Positions 38,901 to 53,700 of a DNA stretch of 64,000 nt are shown one piece after another. The stretch's first letter is position 1, and the number at the start of each line of letters is the position of its first letter. The stretch comes from Malacoraja senta. Its lineage: Eukaryota. The position numbers and the translations under genes are program-made. The DNA lies in assembly GCA_038087875.1 (NCBI GenBank), contig JAXLNO010000511.1:124001-188000 (forward strand), in the 5' to 3' direction. Below the pieces are notes generated by a model, which saw nothing but the letters and a program-made list of their open reading frames with translations, had not been told where the DNA came from and did no database searches.

Positions 38901-41900
38901 GACTTTTCGTCGATTTTTGCATGCAGAATTTTCGTCGCTTTTAGCGTGCTCAATTTTCGTCGCTGGCTGAATTTTCCTCGCTTTTCATGTGCTGAAATTT
39001 TGTCGCTTTGCACGTGCTGAGATTTTCGTCACTTTATGTGTCCCGATGTTTTGTTGCTTTTTGCGTCCTCAATTTACGTCGCTTTTTGTGTGCTGAATTT
39101 TTGTAGATTTTCGCATGCTGAATTTTCGTCACTTTTCGCGTGCTGAATTTTCATCACTTTTCACGTTCTGAAATTTCGTTACTTTTCGCATGCTGAATTT
39201 TCGTCACTTTTCATGTGCTGAATTTTTGTCGTTTTTCGCATGATGAATTTTCGTTGCTTTTTGCATTCTGAAGATTCGTCGCATTTTGCCTGCTGAAGTT
39301 TCCTCACTTTTCGTGTGCTGAATTTTCGTCGATTTTTGTGTCCTGAAAGCTAGTCACTTTTCATGTCCTGAATTTTTATTGCTTTGTGCAGGCTGATTTT
39401 TCGTCGATTTTCGTGTGCTGAAATTTTGTCACTTTTCACGTCCTGAAATATCGTTGCTTTATATGTGCAGAATTTTTGTCGCTTTTCACATGCTGATATT
39501 TTGGTCGCTTTTCACATGCTTCATTTTCATCACTTTTTGTGTGCTTCATTTTCATCACTTTTCGCATACTGAAGGTTCGTCGCTTTTAGCATGCTAAATT
39601 TTCGTCGCTTTTCCCATGCTACATTTTCATCGCTTTTCGCATCCTGAAGGTTCGTCGCTTTTTATATGCTTAATTTCCGTTGATTTTCGCATGCTGAATT
39701 TTCGTCGCTTTTCACGTTCTGAAATTTCTTCACTTTTCGCGTGCTTAATTTTCGTCGCTTTTCGCGTGCTGAATTCGCGTCCTGAAAGCTCGTCACTTTT
39801 CATGTGCTGAATTTTTATCACTTTGCGCAGGCTGATTTTTCGTCGATTTTCGTGTGCTGAAGTTTTTCGTGTCCTGAAGGTTTGTAGATTTTCGCATGGT
39901 GAATTTTCAACACTTTTCGCGTGCTGAATTTTCGTCGCTTTTCACGTTCTGAAATTTCAATACTTTTGCATGCTGAATTTTCGTCGCTTTTTGCATGCTG
40001 AATTTTTGTCGCTTTTCGCGTGTTGAATTTTCGTCGCTTTTGGCATCCTGAAGATTCGTTGCATTTCGCCTGCTGAATTTTCCTCACTTTTCGCGTGCTG
40101 AATTTTTGTCACTTTTCGCAATCTGAATTGTCATCGCTTTTCCTGTGCTTCATTTTCACCGCTTTTCATGTCCTGAAGTCACTTTTTGCGTGCTGAATTT
40201 TTGTCACTTTTCGAAGGCTGAATTTTAATCGCCTTTCGCGTGCTTCATTTTCATTGCCTTTCGCGTGCTTCATTTTCATTATTTTTCACTTCCTGAAGTT
40301 TCGTCGCTTATCGTGTGCTGAATTTACTTCACTTTTCGTGTGCTGAATTTCTGTCGCTTTTCGCGAGCTTCATTTTCATCACTTTTCGCGTGCTTCATTT
40401 TCATCACTTTTCGGATACGGGTTCGTCGCGTTTACCATGCTAAATTTTCGTCGCTTTTTCCGTGCTTCAGTTTCATCGCTTTTCGCATCCTGAAGTTTCG
40501 TCGCTTTTCGCGTCCTGAATTTTCGTCGATTTTCGCATGCTGAATTTTCATCACTTTTCGCGTGCTAAATTTTCATCGCTTTTCACGTTCTGAAATTTCG
40601 TCACTTTTCACGTGCTGAATTTTCATCGCTTTTCGCGTCCTGAAGGTTCATCACTTTTGTCGTGCTGAATTTTCATCGCTTTCGCAGGCTGAGTTTTCGT
40701 TGCTTTTCACGTGCTATAGTTTTGTTACTTTTCGAATGCTGAATTTTAATCGCATTTCGCGTGCTTCATTTTCATTGCCTTTCGCATGCTTCATTTTCAT
40801 TATTTTTCACTTCCTGAAGTTTCGTCGCTTATCGTGTGCTGAATTTACTTCACTTTTCGTGTGCTGAATTTCTGTCGCTTTTCGCGAGCTTCATTTTCAT
40901 CACTTTTCGCGTGCTTCATTTTCATCACTTTTCGGATACGGGTTCGTCGCGTTTACCATGCTCAATTTTCGTCGCTTTTTCCGTGCTTCAGTTTCATCGC
41001 TTTTCGCATCCTGAAGTTTCGTCGCTTTTCGCGTCCTGAATTTTCGTCGATTTTCGCATGCTGAATTTTCATCACTTTTCGCGTGCTGAATTTTCATCGC
41101 TTTTCACGTTCTGAAATTTCGTCACTTTTCACGTGCTGAATTTTCATCGCTTTTCGCGTCCTGAAGGTTCATCACTTTTGTCGTGCTGAATTTTCATCGC
41201 TTTCGCAGGCTGAGTTTTCGTCGCTTTTCACGTGCTATATTTTTGTCACTTTTCACATGCTGAATTTTCGTTGCTTTTCACGTGCTGAAGTTTTGTCGCT
41301 TTTCGCATGCTGAAGTTTTGTCGCTTTTCGCGACCTGAATTTACGTTGCTTTTCGTGTGCTGAATTTTCGTCGCTTTTCGCGTGCTTCATTTTCGTCACT
41401 TTTCGCATACTGGGTTTGTTGCTTTTAGCATGGGAAATTTACGTCGATTTTCCTGTACTTCATTTTCATCACTTTTCGCATGATGAGGGTTCGTCGCTTT
41501 TCACATGATGACTTTTCATCGCTTTTCGCATGCTGAAGTTTTGTCACTTTTCGCGTCCTGAATTTACACCGATCTTCGTGTGCTGATTTTTCGGCGCTTT
41601 TCGGGTGCTTCATTTTCATCACTTTTCGCATAGTGAAAGTCGGTCGCTTTTAGCATGTTAAATTTTCATCGCTTTTCTCGTGATTCATTTTCATCGCTTT
41701 TCGTGTCCTGAAGGTTCGTCACTCTTCGCGTGCTGAAGTTTCATCGCTTTTCGAATGCTGAATTTGCGTTGCCTTTTGCGTGCTTCATTTTCATTGCCTT
41801 TCGCGTGCTTTATTTTCATCACTTTTCGCATCCTGAAGTTTTGTCGCTTTTCGCATGCTAAAGTTTCGTCGCTTTTCGCGTCCTGAATTTTCGTCGCTTT

Positions 41901-44900
41901 TCGCATCCTGAAGATTCGTTGCATTTTGCCTGATGAATTTTCCTCACTTTTCGTCCATTTTGTCGCTTTACACGTGCTGAGATTTTCGTCGGTTTATGTC
42001 CCGATATTTTGTTGCTTTTCACGTCCTGATTTTACGTCACTTTTCGTGTGCTGAATTTTTGTCATTTTTCGCGTGCTGAATTTTCGTCGCTTTTCACGTT
42101 CTGAAATTTCGTCACTTTTCACGTGCTGAATTTTCATCGCTTTTCGCATCCTGAAGGTTCATCACTTTTGTCGTGCTGAATTTTCATCGCTTTCGCAGGC
42201 TGAGTTTTCGTTGCTTTTCACGTGCTATATTTTTGTCACTTTTCGAATGCTGAATTTTAATCGCCTTTCGCGTGCTTCATTTTCATTGCCTTTCGCGTGC
42301 TTCATTTTCATTATTTTTCACTTCCTGAAGTTTCGTCGCTTATCGTGTGCTGAATTTACTTCACTTTTCGTGTGCTGAATTTCTGTCGCTTTTCGCGAGC
42401 TTCATTTTCATCACTTTTCGCGTGCTTCATTTTCATCACTTTTCGGATACGGGTTCGTCGCATTTACCATGCTAAATTTTCGTCGCTTTTTCCGTGCTTC
42501 AGTTTCATCGCTTTTCGCATCCTGAAGTTTCGTCGCTTTTCGCGTCCTGAATTTTCGTCGATTTTCGCATGCTGAATTTTCATCACTTTTCGCGTGCTAA
42601 ATTTTCATCGCTTTTCACGTTCTGAAATTTCGTCACTTTTCACGTGCTGAATTTTCATCGCTTTTCGCGTCCTGAAGGTTCATCACTTTTGTCGTGCTGA
42701 ATTTTCATCGCTTTCGCAGGCTGAGTTTTCGTCGCTTTTCACGTGCTATATTTTTGTCACTTTTCACATGCTGAATTTTCGTTGCTTTTCACGTGCTGAA
42801 GTTTTGTCGCTTTTCGCGACCTGAATTTACGTTGCTTTTCGTGTGCTGAATGTTCGTCGCTTTTCGCGTGCTTCATTTTCGTCACTTTTCGCATACTGGG
42901 TTCGTTGCTTTTAGCATGGTAAATTTACGTCGATTTTCCTGTACTTCATTTTCATCACTTTTCGCATGATGAGGGTTCGTCGCTTTTCACATGATGACTT
43001 TTCATCGCTTTTCGCATGCTGAAGTTTTGTCACTTTTCGCGTCCTGAATTTACACCGATCTTCGTGTGCTGATTTTTCGGCGCTTTTCGCGTGCTTCATT
43101 TTCATCACTTTTCGCATAGTGAAAGTCGGTCGCTTTTAGCATGTTAAATTTTCATCGCTTTTCTCGTGATTCATTTTCATCGCTTTTCGTGTCCTGAAGG
43201 TTCGTCACTCTTCGCGTGCTGAAGTTTCATCGCTTTTCGAATGCTGAATTTGCGTTGCCTTTTGCGTGCTTCATTTTCATTGCCTTTCGCGTGCTTTATT
43301 TTCATCACTTTTCGCATCCTGAAGTTTTGTCGCTTTTCGCATGCTAAAGTTTCGTCGCTTTTCGCGTCCTGAATTTTCGTCGCTTTTCGCATCCTGAAGA
43401 TTCGTTGCATTTTGCCTGATGAATTTTCCTCACTTTTCGTCCATTTTGTCGCTTTACACGTGCTGAGATTTTCGTCGGTTTATGTCCCGATATTTTGTTG
43501 CTTTTCACGTCCTGATTTTACGTCACTTTTCGTGTGCTGAATTTTTGTCATTTTTCGCGTGCTGAATTTTCGTCGCTTTTCACGTTCTGAAATTTCGTCA
43601 CTTTTCACGTGCTGAATTTTCATCACTTTTCGCGTCCTGAAGGTTCATCACTTTTGTCGTGCTGAATTTTCATCGCTTTCGCAGGCTGAGTTTTCGTTGC
43701 TTTTCACGTGCTATATTTTTGTCACTTTTCGAATGCTGAATTTTAATCGCCTTTCGCGTGCTTCATTTTCATTGCCTTTCGCGTGCTTCATTTTCATTAT
43801 TTTTCACTTCCTGAAGTTTCGTCGCTTATCGTGTGCTGAATTTACTTCACTTTTCGTGTGCTGAATTTCTGTCGCTTTTTGCGAGCTTCATTTTCATCAC
43901 TTTTCGCGTGCTTCATTTTCATCACTTTTCGGGTACGGGTTCGTCGCGTTTACCATGCTCAATTTTCGTCACTTTTTCCGTGCTTCAGTTTCATCGCTTT
44001 TCGCATCCTGAAGTTTCGTCGCTTTTCGCGTCCTGAATTTTCGTCGATTTTCGCATGCTGAATTTTCATCACTTTTCGCGTGCTGAATTTTCATCGCTTT
44101 TCACGTTCTGAAATTTTGTCACTTCACGTGCTGAATTTTCATCGCTTTTCGCGTCCTGAAGGTTCATCACTTTTGTCGTGCTGAATTTTCATCGCTTTCG
44201 CAGGCTGAGTTTTCGTTGCTTTTCACGTGCTATAGTTTTGTTACTTTTCGAATGCTGAATTTTAATCGCATTTCGCGTGCTTCATTTTCATTGCCTTTCG
44301 CATGCTTCATTTTCATTATTTTTCACTTCCTGAAGTTTCGTCGCTTATCGTGTGCTGAATTTACTTCACTTTTCGTGTGCTGAATTTCTGTCGCTTTTCG
44401 CGAGCTTCATTTTCATCACTTTTCGCGTGCTTCATTTTCATCACTTTTCGGATACGGGTTCGTCGCGTTTACCATGCTCAATTTTCGTCGCTTTTTCCGT
44501 GCTTCAGTTTCATCGCTTTTCGCATCCTGAAGTTTCGTCGCTTTTCGCGTCCTGAATTTTCGTCGATTTTCGCATGCTGAATTTTCATCACTTTTCGCGT
44601 GCTGAATTTTCATCGCTTTTCACGTTCTGAAATTTCGTCACTTTTCACGTGCTGAATTTTCATCGCTTTTCGCGTCCTGAAAGTTCATCACTTTTGTCGT
44701 GCTGAATTTTCATCGCTTTCGCAGGCTGAGTTTTCGTCGCTTTTCACGTGCTATATTTTTGTCACTTTTCACATGCTGAATTTTCGTTGCTTTTCACGTG
44801 CTGAAGTTTTGTCGCTTTTCGCATGCTGAAGTTTTGTCGCTTTTCGCGACCTGAATTTACGTTGCTTTTCGTGTGCTGAATTTTCGTCGCTTTTCGCGTG

Positions 44901-47030
44901 CTTCATTTTCGTCACTTTTCGCATACTGGGTTCGTTGCTTTTAGCATGGGAAATTTACGTCGATTTTCCTGTACTTCATTTTCATCACTTTTCGCACGAT
45001 GAGGGTTCGTCGCTTTTCACATGATGACTTTTCATCGCTTTTCGCATGCTGAAGTTTTGTCACTTTTCGCGTCCTGAATTTACACCGATCTTCGTGTGCT
45101 GATTTTTCGGCGCTTTTCGCGTGCTTCATTTTCATCACTTTTCGCATAGTGAAAGTCGGTCGCTTTTAGCATGTTAAATTTTCATCGCTTTTCTCGTGAT
45201 TCATTTTCATCGCTTTTCGTGTCCTGAAGGTTCGTCACTCTTCGCGTGCTGAAGTTTCATCGCTTTTCGAATGCTGAATTTGCGTTGCCTTTTGCGTGCT
45301 TCATTTTCATTGCCTTTCGCGTGCTTTATTTTCATCACTTTTCGCATCCTGAAGTTTTGTCGCTTTTCGCATGCTAAAGTTTCGTCGCTTTTCGCGTCCT
45401 GAATTTTCGTCGCTTTTCGCATCCTGAAGATTCGTTGCATTTTGCCTGATGAATTTTCCTCACTTTTCGTCCATTTTGTCGCTTTACACGTGCTGAGATT
45501 TTCGTCGGTTTATGTCCCGATATTTTGTTGCTTTTCACGTCCTGATTTTACGTCACTTTTCGTGTGCTGAATTTTTGTCATTTTTCGCGTGCTGAATTTT
45601 CGTCGCTTTTCACGTTCTGAAATTTCGTCACTTTTCACGTGCTGAATTTTCATCGCTTTTCGCATCCTGAAGGTTCATCACTTTTGTCGTGCTGAATTTT
45701 CATCGCTTTCGCAGGCTGAGTTTTCGTTGCTTTTCACGTGCTATATTTTTGTCACTTTTCGAATGCTGAATTTTAATCGCCTTTCGCGTGCTTCATTTTC
45801 ATTGCCTTTCGCGTGCTTCATTTTCATTATTTTTCACTTCCTGAAGTTTCGTCGCTTATCGTGTGCTGAATTTACTTCACTTTTCGTGTGCTGAATTTCT
45901 GTCGCTTTTCGCGAGCTTCATTTTCATCACTTTTCGCGTGCTTCATTTTCATCACTTTTCGGATACGGGTTCGTCGCGTTTACCATGCTCAATTTTCGTC
46001 ACTTTTTCCATGCTTCAGTTTCATCGCTTTTCGCATCCTGAAGTTTCGTCGCTTTTCGCGTCCTGAATTTTCGTCGATTTTCGCATGCTGAATTTTCATC
46101 ACTTTTCGCGTGCTGAATTTTCATCGCTTTTCACGTTCTGAAATTTCGTCACTTCACGTGCTGAATTTTCATCGCTTTTCGCGTCCTGAAGGTTCATCAC
46201 TTTTGTCGTGCTGAATTTTCATCGCTTTCGCAGGCTGAGTTTTCGTCGCTTTTCACGTGCTATATTTTTGTCACTTTTCACATGCTGAATTTTCGTTGCT
46301 TTTCACGTGCTGAAGTTTTGTCGCTTTTCGCATGCTGAAGTTTTGTCGCTTTTCGCGACCTGAATTTACGTTGCTTTTCGTGTGCTGAATTTTCGTCACT
46401 TTTCGCGTGCTTCATTTTCGTCACTTTTCGCATACTGGGTTCGTTGCTTTTCACATGATGACTTTTCATCGCTTTTCGCATGCTGAAGTTTTGTAACTTT
46501 TCGCGTCCTGAATTTACACCGATCTTCGTGTGCTGATTTTTCGGCGCTTTTCGCGTGCTTCATTTTCATCACTTTTCGCATAGTGAAAGTCGGTCGCTTT
46601 TAGCATGTTAAATTTTCATCGCTTTTCTCGTGATTCATTTTCATCGCTTTTCGTGTCCTGAAGGTTCGTCACTCTTCGCGTGCTGAAGTTTCATCGCTTT
46701 TCGAATGCTGAATTTGCGTTGCCTTTCGCGTGCTTCATTTTCATTGCCTTTCGCGTGCTTTATTTTCATCACTTTTCGCATCCTGAAGTTTTGTCGCTTT
46801 TCGCATGCTAAAGTTTCATCGCTTTTCGCGTCCTGAATTTTCGTCGCTTTTCGCATCCTGAAGATTCGTTGCATTTTGCCTGATGAATTTTCCTCACTTT
46901 TCGTCCATTTTGTCGCTTTACACATGCTGAGATTTTCGTCGGTTTATGTCCCGATATTTTGTTGCTTTTCACGTCCTGATTTTACGTCACTTTTCGTGTG
47001 CTGAATTTTTGTCATTTTTCGCGTGCTGAA
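36000..47030. repeat. Higher-order repeat domain 2: nested 415, ~520 and ~1500-bp units (~2030-bp composite)
   Basis: Marker GGATACGGGTTCG at 36298, 36713, 37234, 40413, 40934, 42445, 43931 (variant), 44450, 45961 (spacings 415, 521, 3179, 521, 1511, 1486, 519, 1511). Confidence 0.88.
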
Positions 47031-47459
47031 TTTTCGTCGCTTTCCGCATCCTGAAGATTCGTCGCATTTCACCTGCTGAATTTCCCTCACTTTTCTCGTG
47101 CTGAATTTTCATCGATTTTTGTGTCCTGAAAGCTCGTCACTTTTCATGTGCTGAATTTTTATCGCTTTGCGCAGGCTGATTTTTCGTAGATTTTCGTGTG
47201 CTGAAGTTTCGTCACTTTTCGTATCATGAATTTACATCGCTTTTCATGTGCTAAATTATCGTTGCGTTTCGCGTGTTTCATTTTCATCACTTTTCGCATA
47301 CTGAAGGTTCTTCGCTTTTCGCATGCTGAATTTTCGTCGCTTTTCAAGTGCTTCATTTTCATCGCTTTTCGCGTCCTGAAGGTTTGTCGCTTTTCGCATG
47401 CTGAATTTTCGTCGATTTTCGCATGATGAATTTTCATCACTTTTCGCGTGCTGAATTTT

Positions 47460-48810
47460 CATCGCTTTTGACGTTCTGAAATTTCGTCACTTTTCGCGTG
47501 CTGAATTTTCATCGCTTTTCGCGTCCTGAAGGTTCATCACTTTTGTCGTGCTGAATTTTCATCGCTTTCGCAGGCTGAGTTTCCGTCGCTTTTCACGTGC
47601 TATATTTTTGTCACTTTTCACATGCTGAATTTTCGTTGCTTTTCACGTGCTGAAGTTTCGTCGCTTTTCGCATGCTGAAGTTTCGTCGCTTTTCGCGACC
47701 TGAATTTACGTCGCTTTTTGTGTGCTGAATTTTCGTCACTTTTCGCGTGCTTCATTTTCGTCACTTTTCGCATACTGGGTTCGTTGCTTTTAGCAAGGTA
47801 AATTTACGTCGCTTTTCCTGTACTTCATTTTCATTGCTTTTCGCATGATGAGGGTTCGTCGCTTTTCACATGATGACTTTTCGTCGATTTTTGCATGCAG
47901 AATTTTCGTCGCTTTTGACGTTCTGAAATTTCGTCACTTTTCGCGTGCTGAATTTTCATCGCTTTTCGCGTCCTGAAGGTTCATCACTTTTGTCGTGCAG
48001 AATTTTCATCGCTTTCGCAGGCTGAGTTTCCGTCGCTTTTCACGTGCTATATTTTTGTCACTTTTCACATGCTGAATTTTCGTTGCTTTTCACGTGCTGA
48101 AGTTTCGTCGCTTTTCGCATGCTGAAGTTTCGTCGCTTTTCGCGACCTGAATTTACGTCGCTTTTTGTGTGCTGAATTTTCGTCACTTTTCGCGTGCTTC
48201 ATTTTCGTCACTTTTCGCATACTGGGTTCGTTGCTTTTAGCATGGTAAATTTACGTCGCTTTTCCTGTACTTCATTTTCATTGCTTTTCGCATGATGAGG
48301 GTTCGTCGCTTTTCACATGATGACTTTTCGTCGATTTTTGCATGCAGAATTTTCGTCGCTTTTGACGTTCTGAAATTTCGTCACTTTTCGCGTGCTGAAT
48401 TTTCATCGCTTTTCGCGTCCTGAAGGTTCATCACTTTTGTCGTGCAGAATTTTCATCGCTTTCGCAGGCTGAGTTTCCGTCGCTTTTCACGTGCTATATT
48501 TTTGTCACTTTTCACATGCTGAATTTTCGTTGCTTTTCACGTGCTGAAGTTTCGTCGCTTTTCGCATGCTGAAGTTTCGTCGCTTTTCGCGACCTGAATT
48601 TACGTCGCTTTTTGTGTGCTGAATTTTCGTCACTTTTCGCGTGCTTCATTTTCGTCACTTTTCGCATACTGGGTTCGTTGCTTTTAGCATGGTAAATTTA
48701 CGTCGCTTTTCCTGTACTTCATTTTCATTGCTTTTCGCATGATGAGGGTTCGTCGCTTTTCACATGATGACTTTTCGTCGATTTTTGCATGCAGAATTTT
48801 CGTCGCTTTT
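47460..48810. repeat. 447-bp tandem triplication within the satellite
   Basis: Marker TTTTGACGTTCTGAAA with its G at 47470, 47917 and 48364 (exact 447 spacing). Confidence 0.88.
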
Positions 48811-50744
48811 AGCGTGCTCAATTTTCGTCGCTGGCTGAATTTTCCTCGCTTTTCATGTGCTGAAATTTTGTCGCTTTGCACGTGCTGAGATTTTCGTCAC
48901 TTTATGTGTCCCGAAGTTTTGTTGCTTTTTGCGTCCTCAATTTACGTCGCTTTTTGTGTGCTGAATTTTTGTAGATTTTCGCATGCTGAATTTTCGTCAC
49001 TTTTCGCGTGCTGAATTTTCATCACTTTTCACGTTCTGAAATTTCGTTACTTTTCGCATGCTGAATTTTCGTCACTTTTCATGTGCTGAATTTTTGTCGT
49101 TTTTCGCATGATGAATTTTCGTTGCTTTTTGCATTCTGAAGATTCGTCGCATTTTGCCTGCTGAAGTGTCCTCACTTTTCGTGTGCTGAATTTTCGTCGA
49201 TTTTTGTGTCCTGAAAGCTAGTCACTTTTCATGTCCTGAATTTTTATTGCTTTGTGCAGGCTGATTTTTCGTCGATTTTCGTGTGCTGAAATTTTGTCAC
49301 TTTTCACGTCCTGAAATATCGTTGCTTTATATGTGCTGAATTTTTGTCGCTTTTCACATGCTGATATTTTGGTCGCTTTTCACATGCTTCATTTTCATCA
49401 CTTTTTGTGTGCTTCATTTTCATCACTTTTCGCATACTGAAGGTTCGTCGCTTTTAGCATGCTAAATTTTCGTCGCTTTTCCCATGCTTCATTTTCATCG
49501 CTTTTCGCATCCTGAAGGTTCGTCGCTTTTTATATGCTTAATTTCCGTTGATTTTCGCATGCTGAATTTTCGTCGCTTTTCACGTTCTGAAATTTCTTCA
49601 CTTTTCGCGTGCTTAATTTTCGTCGCTTTTCGCGTGCTGAATTTTCGTCGCGTTTTTCATGCTGAATTTTCGTCGTGTTTCCATTGCTGAATTATCATCT
49701 GTTTTCTCTTTCTGAAACTTCGTTACTTTTCGCGTGCTGAATTTACGTCGCTTTACGCGTCCTGAAGGTTTATCACTTTTGTTGTGTTGAATTTTCATCG
49801 CTTTTCGCAGGCTGAATTTTCATCACTTTTCACGTGCTGTATTTTTGTCACTTTTCGCATGCTGAATTTTCGTTGCTTTTCACGTGCTGAATTTTCGTCA
49901 CTTTTCGCATGCAGAATTTTCGTCGCTTTTCGCCTGTTGAATTTCGTCACTTTTTGCGGCTGAATTTTCGTCGCTTGTCTCATTCTGAAATTTCGTCACT
50001 TTTCGCGTGCTGAATTTTTGGTCGCTTTTCATCTCCTGAAGGTTCATCATTTTTCACGTGCTGAATTTTCATCGCTTTTTGCATTCAGTATTTTTGTAGA
50101 TTTTCGCAAGCTAAATTTTCGTCACTTTTCGTGTGCTGAATTTTCGTCGCTTTTCACGTTCTGAAATGTCATCACTTTTTGCATGCTGAATTTTCGTCGT
50201 TTTTTGCGTGCTGAATTTTTGTCGCTTTTCGCGTGTTGAATTTTCGTCGCTTTTCACATCCTGAAGATTCGTTGCATTTCGCCTGCTGAATTTTCCTCGC
50301 TTTTCGCGTGCTGAATTTTCGTCGATTTTCGTGTCCTGAAAGCTCTTCACTTTTCATATGCTGAATTTTTATCACTTTGCGCAGGCTGATATTTCATCGA
50401 TTTTCCCATGCTTCAATTTCATCGCTTTTCGCATCCTGAAGGTTCGTCAATTTTCGCGTGCTGAATTTTTGTCACTATACGCATGCTGTATTTTCGTCGC
50501 CTTTCATGTGCTTCATTTTCATCGCCTTTCGCGTGCTTCATTTTCATCACTTTGCGCGTCCTCAAGTTTTGTCGCTTTTTGCATGCTCAAGTTTCGTCGC
50601 TTTTCGCATCCTGAATTTACGTCGCTTTTCGCAAGCTGAATTTTCATCGCTTTTCCTGTGCTTCATTTTCATCGCTTTTCGTGTCCTGAAGGTTCGTCAC
50701 TTTTCGCGTGCTGAATTCTTGTCACTTTTCGAATGCTGAATTTT

Positions 50745-53700
50745 CATCGCCTTACCCGTGCTTCATTTTCATTGCCTTTCGCGTGCTTCATTTCATCACT
50801 TTTCGCATCCTGAAGTTTCGTCGCTTTACGTGTCCTGAATTTACTTCGCTTTTCCCATGCTTCATTTTCATCGCTTTCGTATCCTGAAGGTTCGTCGCTT
50901 TTCACGTGCTGTATTTTCGTCACTTTTCGCATGCTGAATATTCGTCGCTTTTCGCGTGATGATTTTTTGTGGCTATTCGCAAGCTGAATTTCCATCGCTT
51001 TTCCCGTGCTTCAATTTCATCGCTTTTCGTGTCCTGAAGTTTCGTCACTCTTCGCGTGCTGAAGTTTCGTTGCTTTTCAAATGCTGAATTTTCGTTGCCT
51101 TTCGCGTGTTTCATTTTCATCGCCTTTCGCGTGCTTTATTTTCATCACTTTTCGCATCCTGAAGTTTCGGCGCTTTTCGCATGCTGAAGTTTCGTTGCTT
51201 TTCGTGGCCTGAATTTTCGTCGCTTTTCGCATCCTGAAGATTCGTTGCATTTCGCCTGCTGAATTTTCCTCACTTTTTATCGATTTTGTCGCTCTGCACG
51301 TGCTGAAATTTTCGTCGGTTTATGTGTCCCGATGTTTTGTTGCTTTTCGCATCCTGATTTTACGTCGCTTTTTGTGTGCTGAATTTTTGTAGATTTTCGC
51401 ATGTTGAATTTTCGTCATTTTTCGCGTATTGAATATTCGTCACTTTTCACGTTCTGAAATATCGTCACTTTTCGAATGCTGAATTTTCGTCGCCTTTCGC
51501 GTGTTTCATTTTCATCGCCTTTCACGTGCTTTATTTTCATCACTTTTCGCGTCCTGAAGTTTCGTCGCTTTTCGCATGCTGAAGTTTCGTCGCTTTTCAC
51601 GTCCTGAATTTTTGTCACTTTTCACGTGCTGATATTTTCGTCGCTTTATGCCCCTGAATTTACGTTGATTTTTTTATGTGAATTATTAATCGTTTTTTGC
51701 GTGCTGAATTTTCGTCGCATTTCGCGTGCTTCATTTTAATCACCTTTCACTTGCTTCATTTTCATCGCCTTTTCCGAACTTCATTTTCATCACTTTTCGC
51801 GTCCTGAAGGTTCGTCGCTTTTCGCGTCCTGAATTTACGTTGCTTTTTATGTGCTGAATTATCGTCGCTTTTCGCGTGTTTCTTTTTCATCACTTTTCGC
51901 ATACAGAAGGTTCGTCGCTTTTTGCATGCTGAATTTTCGTCGCTTTTCCAGTGCTTCACTTTCATCGCTTTTCGCATCCTGAAGGTTCATCGCTTTTCGA
52001 ATGCTGAATTTTCGTCGATTTTCGCATGCTGAATTTTCATCACTTTTCGCGTGCTGAATTTTAGTCGCTTTTTGCATGCTGAATTTTCATCGCTTTTCCC
52101 GTGCTTCATTTTCATCGCTTTTTGCGTCCTGAAGGTTCGTCACTTCATGCCCCTGAATTTACGTTGCTTTTTGTGTGTGAATTTTTATCGCTTTTTGCGT
52201 GCTGAATTTTCATCCCTTTTCGCATCCTGAAGATTCGTCGCATTTCGCCTCCTAAATTTTCCTCACTTTTCGCTTGCTGCATTTTCGTCAATTTTCGTGT
52301 CCTGAGAGCTCATCACTTTTCATGTGCTGAATTTTTATCGCTTTGCGCAGGCTGATTTTTCATCGATTTTCGTGTGCTGAAATATTGTTGCTTTTCACGT
52401 CCTGAAATATCGTTGCTTTATGCGTGCTGAATTTTTGTCACTTTTCGCATGCTGAATTTTCGTCACCTTTCGTGTGCTTCATTTTCATCACCTTTCACGT
52501 GCTTCATTTCCATCGCCTTTCGCGTTCTTCATTTACATCACTTTTCGCGTCCTGAAGGTTCGTCGCTTTTCGCATGCTGAAGTTTCGTCGCTTTTTGCAT
52601 CATGAATTTACGTCGCTTTTCATGTGCTGAATTATCGTCGCTTTTCGCGTGTTTCATTTTCATAACTTTTCGCATACTGAAGGTTCGTTGTTTTTTGCAT
52701 GCTGAATTTCCGTCGCTTTTCCAGTGCTTCATTTTCATCGCTTTTCGCGTCCTGAATGTTCGTCGCTTTTCGCCTGCTGAATTTCGTCACTTTTGCGGCT
52801 GAATTTTCGTCGCTTGTCTCATTCTGAAATTTCGTCACTTTTTGCTCGCTGAATTTTTGGTCGCTTTTCGCCTCCTGAAGGCTCATTATTTTTCACGTGA
52901 TGAAATTTCATTGCTTTTCGCAGGCTGAATTTCGTTGCTTTATGTCCTGATGTTTTGTGGCTTTTCGCGTCCTGAATTTACATCGCTTTTTGTGTGCTGA
53001 ATTTTCATCGCTTTTTGCGTGCTGTATTTTTGTAGGTTTTCGCAGGCTGAATTTTCGTCGCCTTACCCGTGCTTCATTTTCATTGCCTTTCGCGTGCTTC
53101 ATTTCATCACTTTTCGCATCCTGAAGTTTCGTCGCTTTACGTGTCCTGAATTTACTTCGCTTTTCCCATGCTTCATTTTCATCGCTTTCGTATCCTGAAC
53201 GTTCGTCGCTTTTCACGTGCTGTATTTTCGTCACTTTTCGCATGCTGAATATTCGTCGCTTTTCGCGTGATGAATTTTTGTGGCTATTCGCAAGCTGAAT
53301 TTCCATCGCTTTTCCCGTGCTTCAATTTCATCGCTTTTCGTGTCCTGAAGTTTCGTCACTCTCCGCGTGCTGAAGTTTCGTTGCTTTTCAAATGCTGAAT
53401 TTTCGTTGCCTTTCGCGTGTTTCATTTTCATTGCCTTTCGCGTGCTTTATTTTCATCACTTTTCGCATCCTGAAGTTTCGGCGCTTTTCGCATGCTGAAG
53501 TTTCGTTGCTTTTCGTGGCCTGAATTTTCGTCGCTTTTCGCATCCTGAAGATTCGTTGCATTTCGCCTGCTGAATTTTCCTCACTTTTTATCGATTTTGT
53601 CGCTCTGCACGTGCTGAAATTTTCGTCGGTTTATGTGTCCCGATGTTTTGTTGCTTTTCGCATCCTGATTTTACGTCGCTTTTTGTGTGCTGAATTTTTG

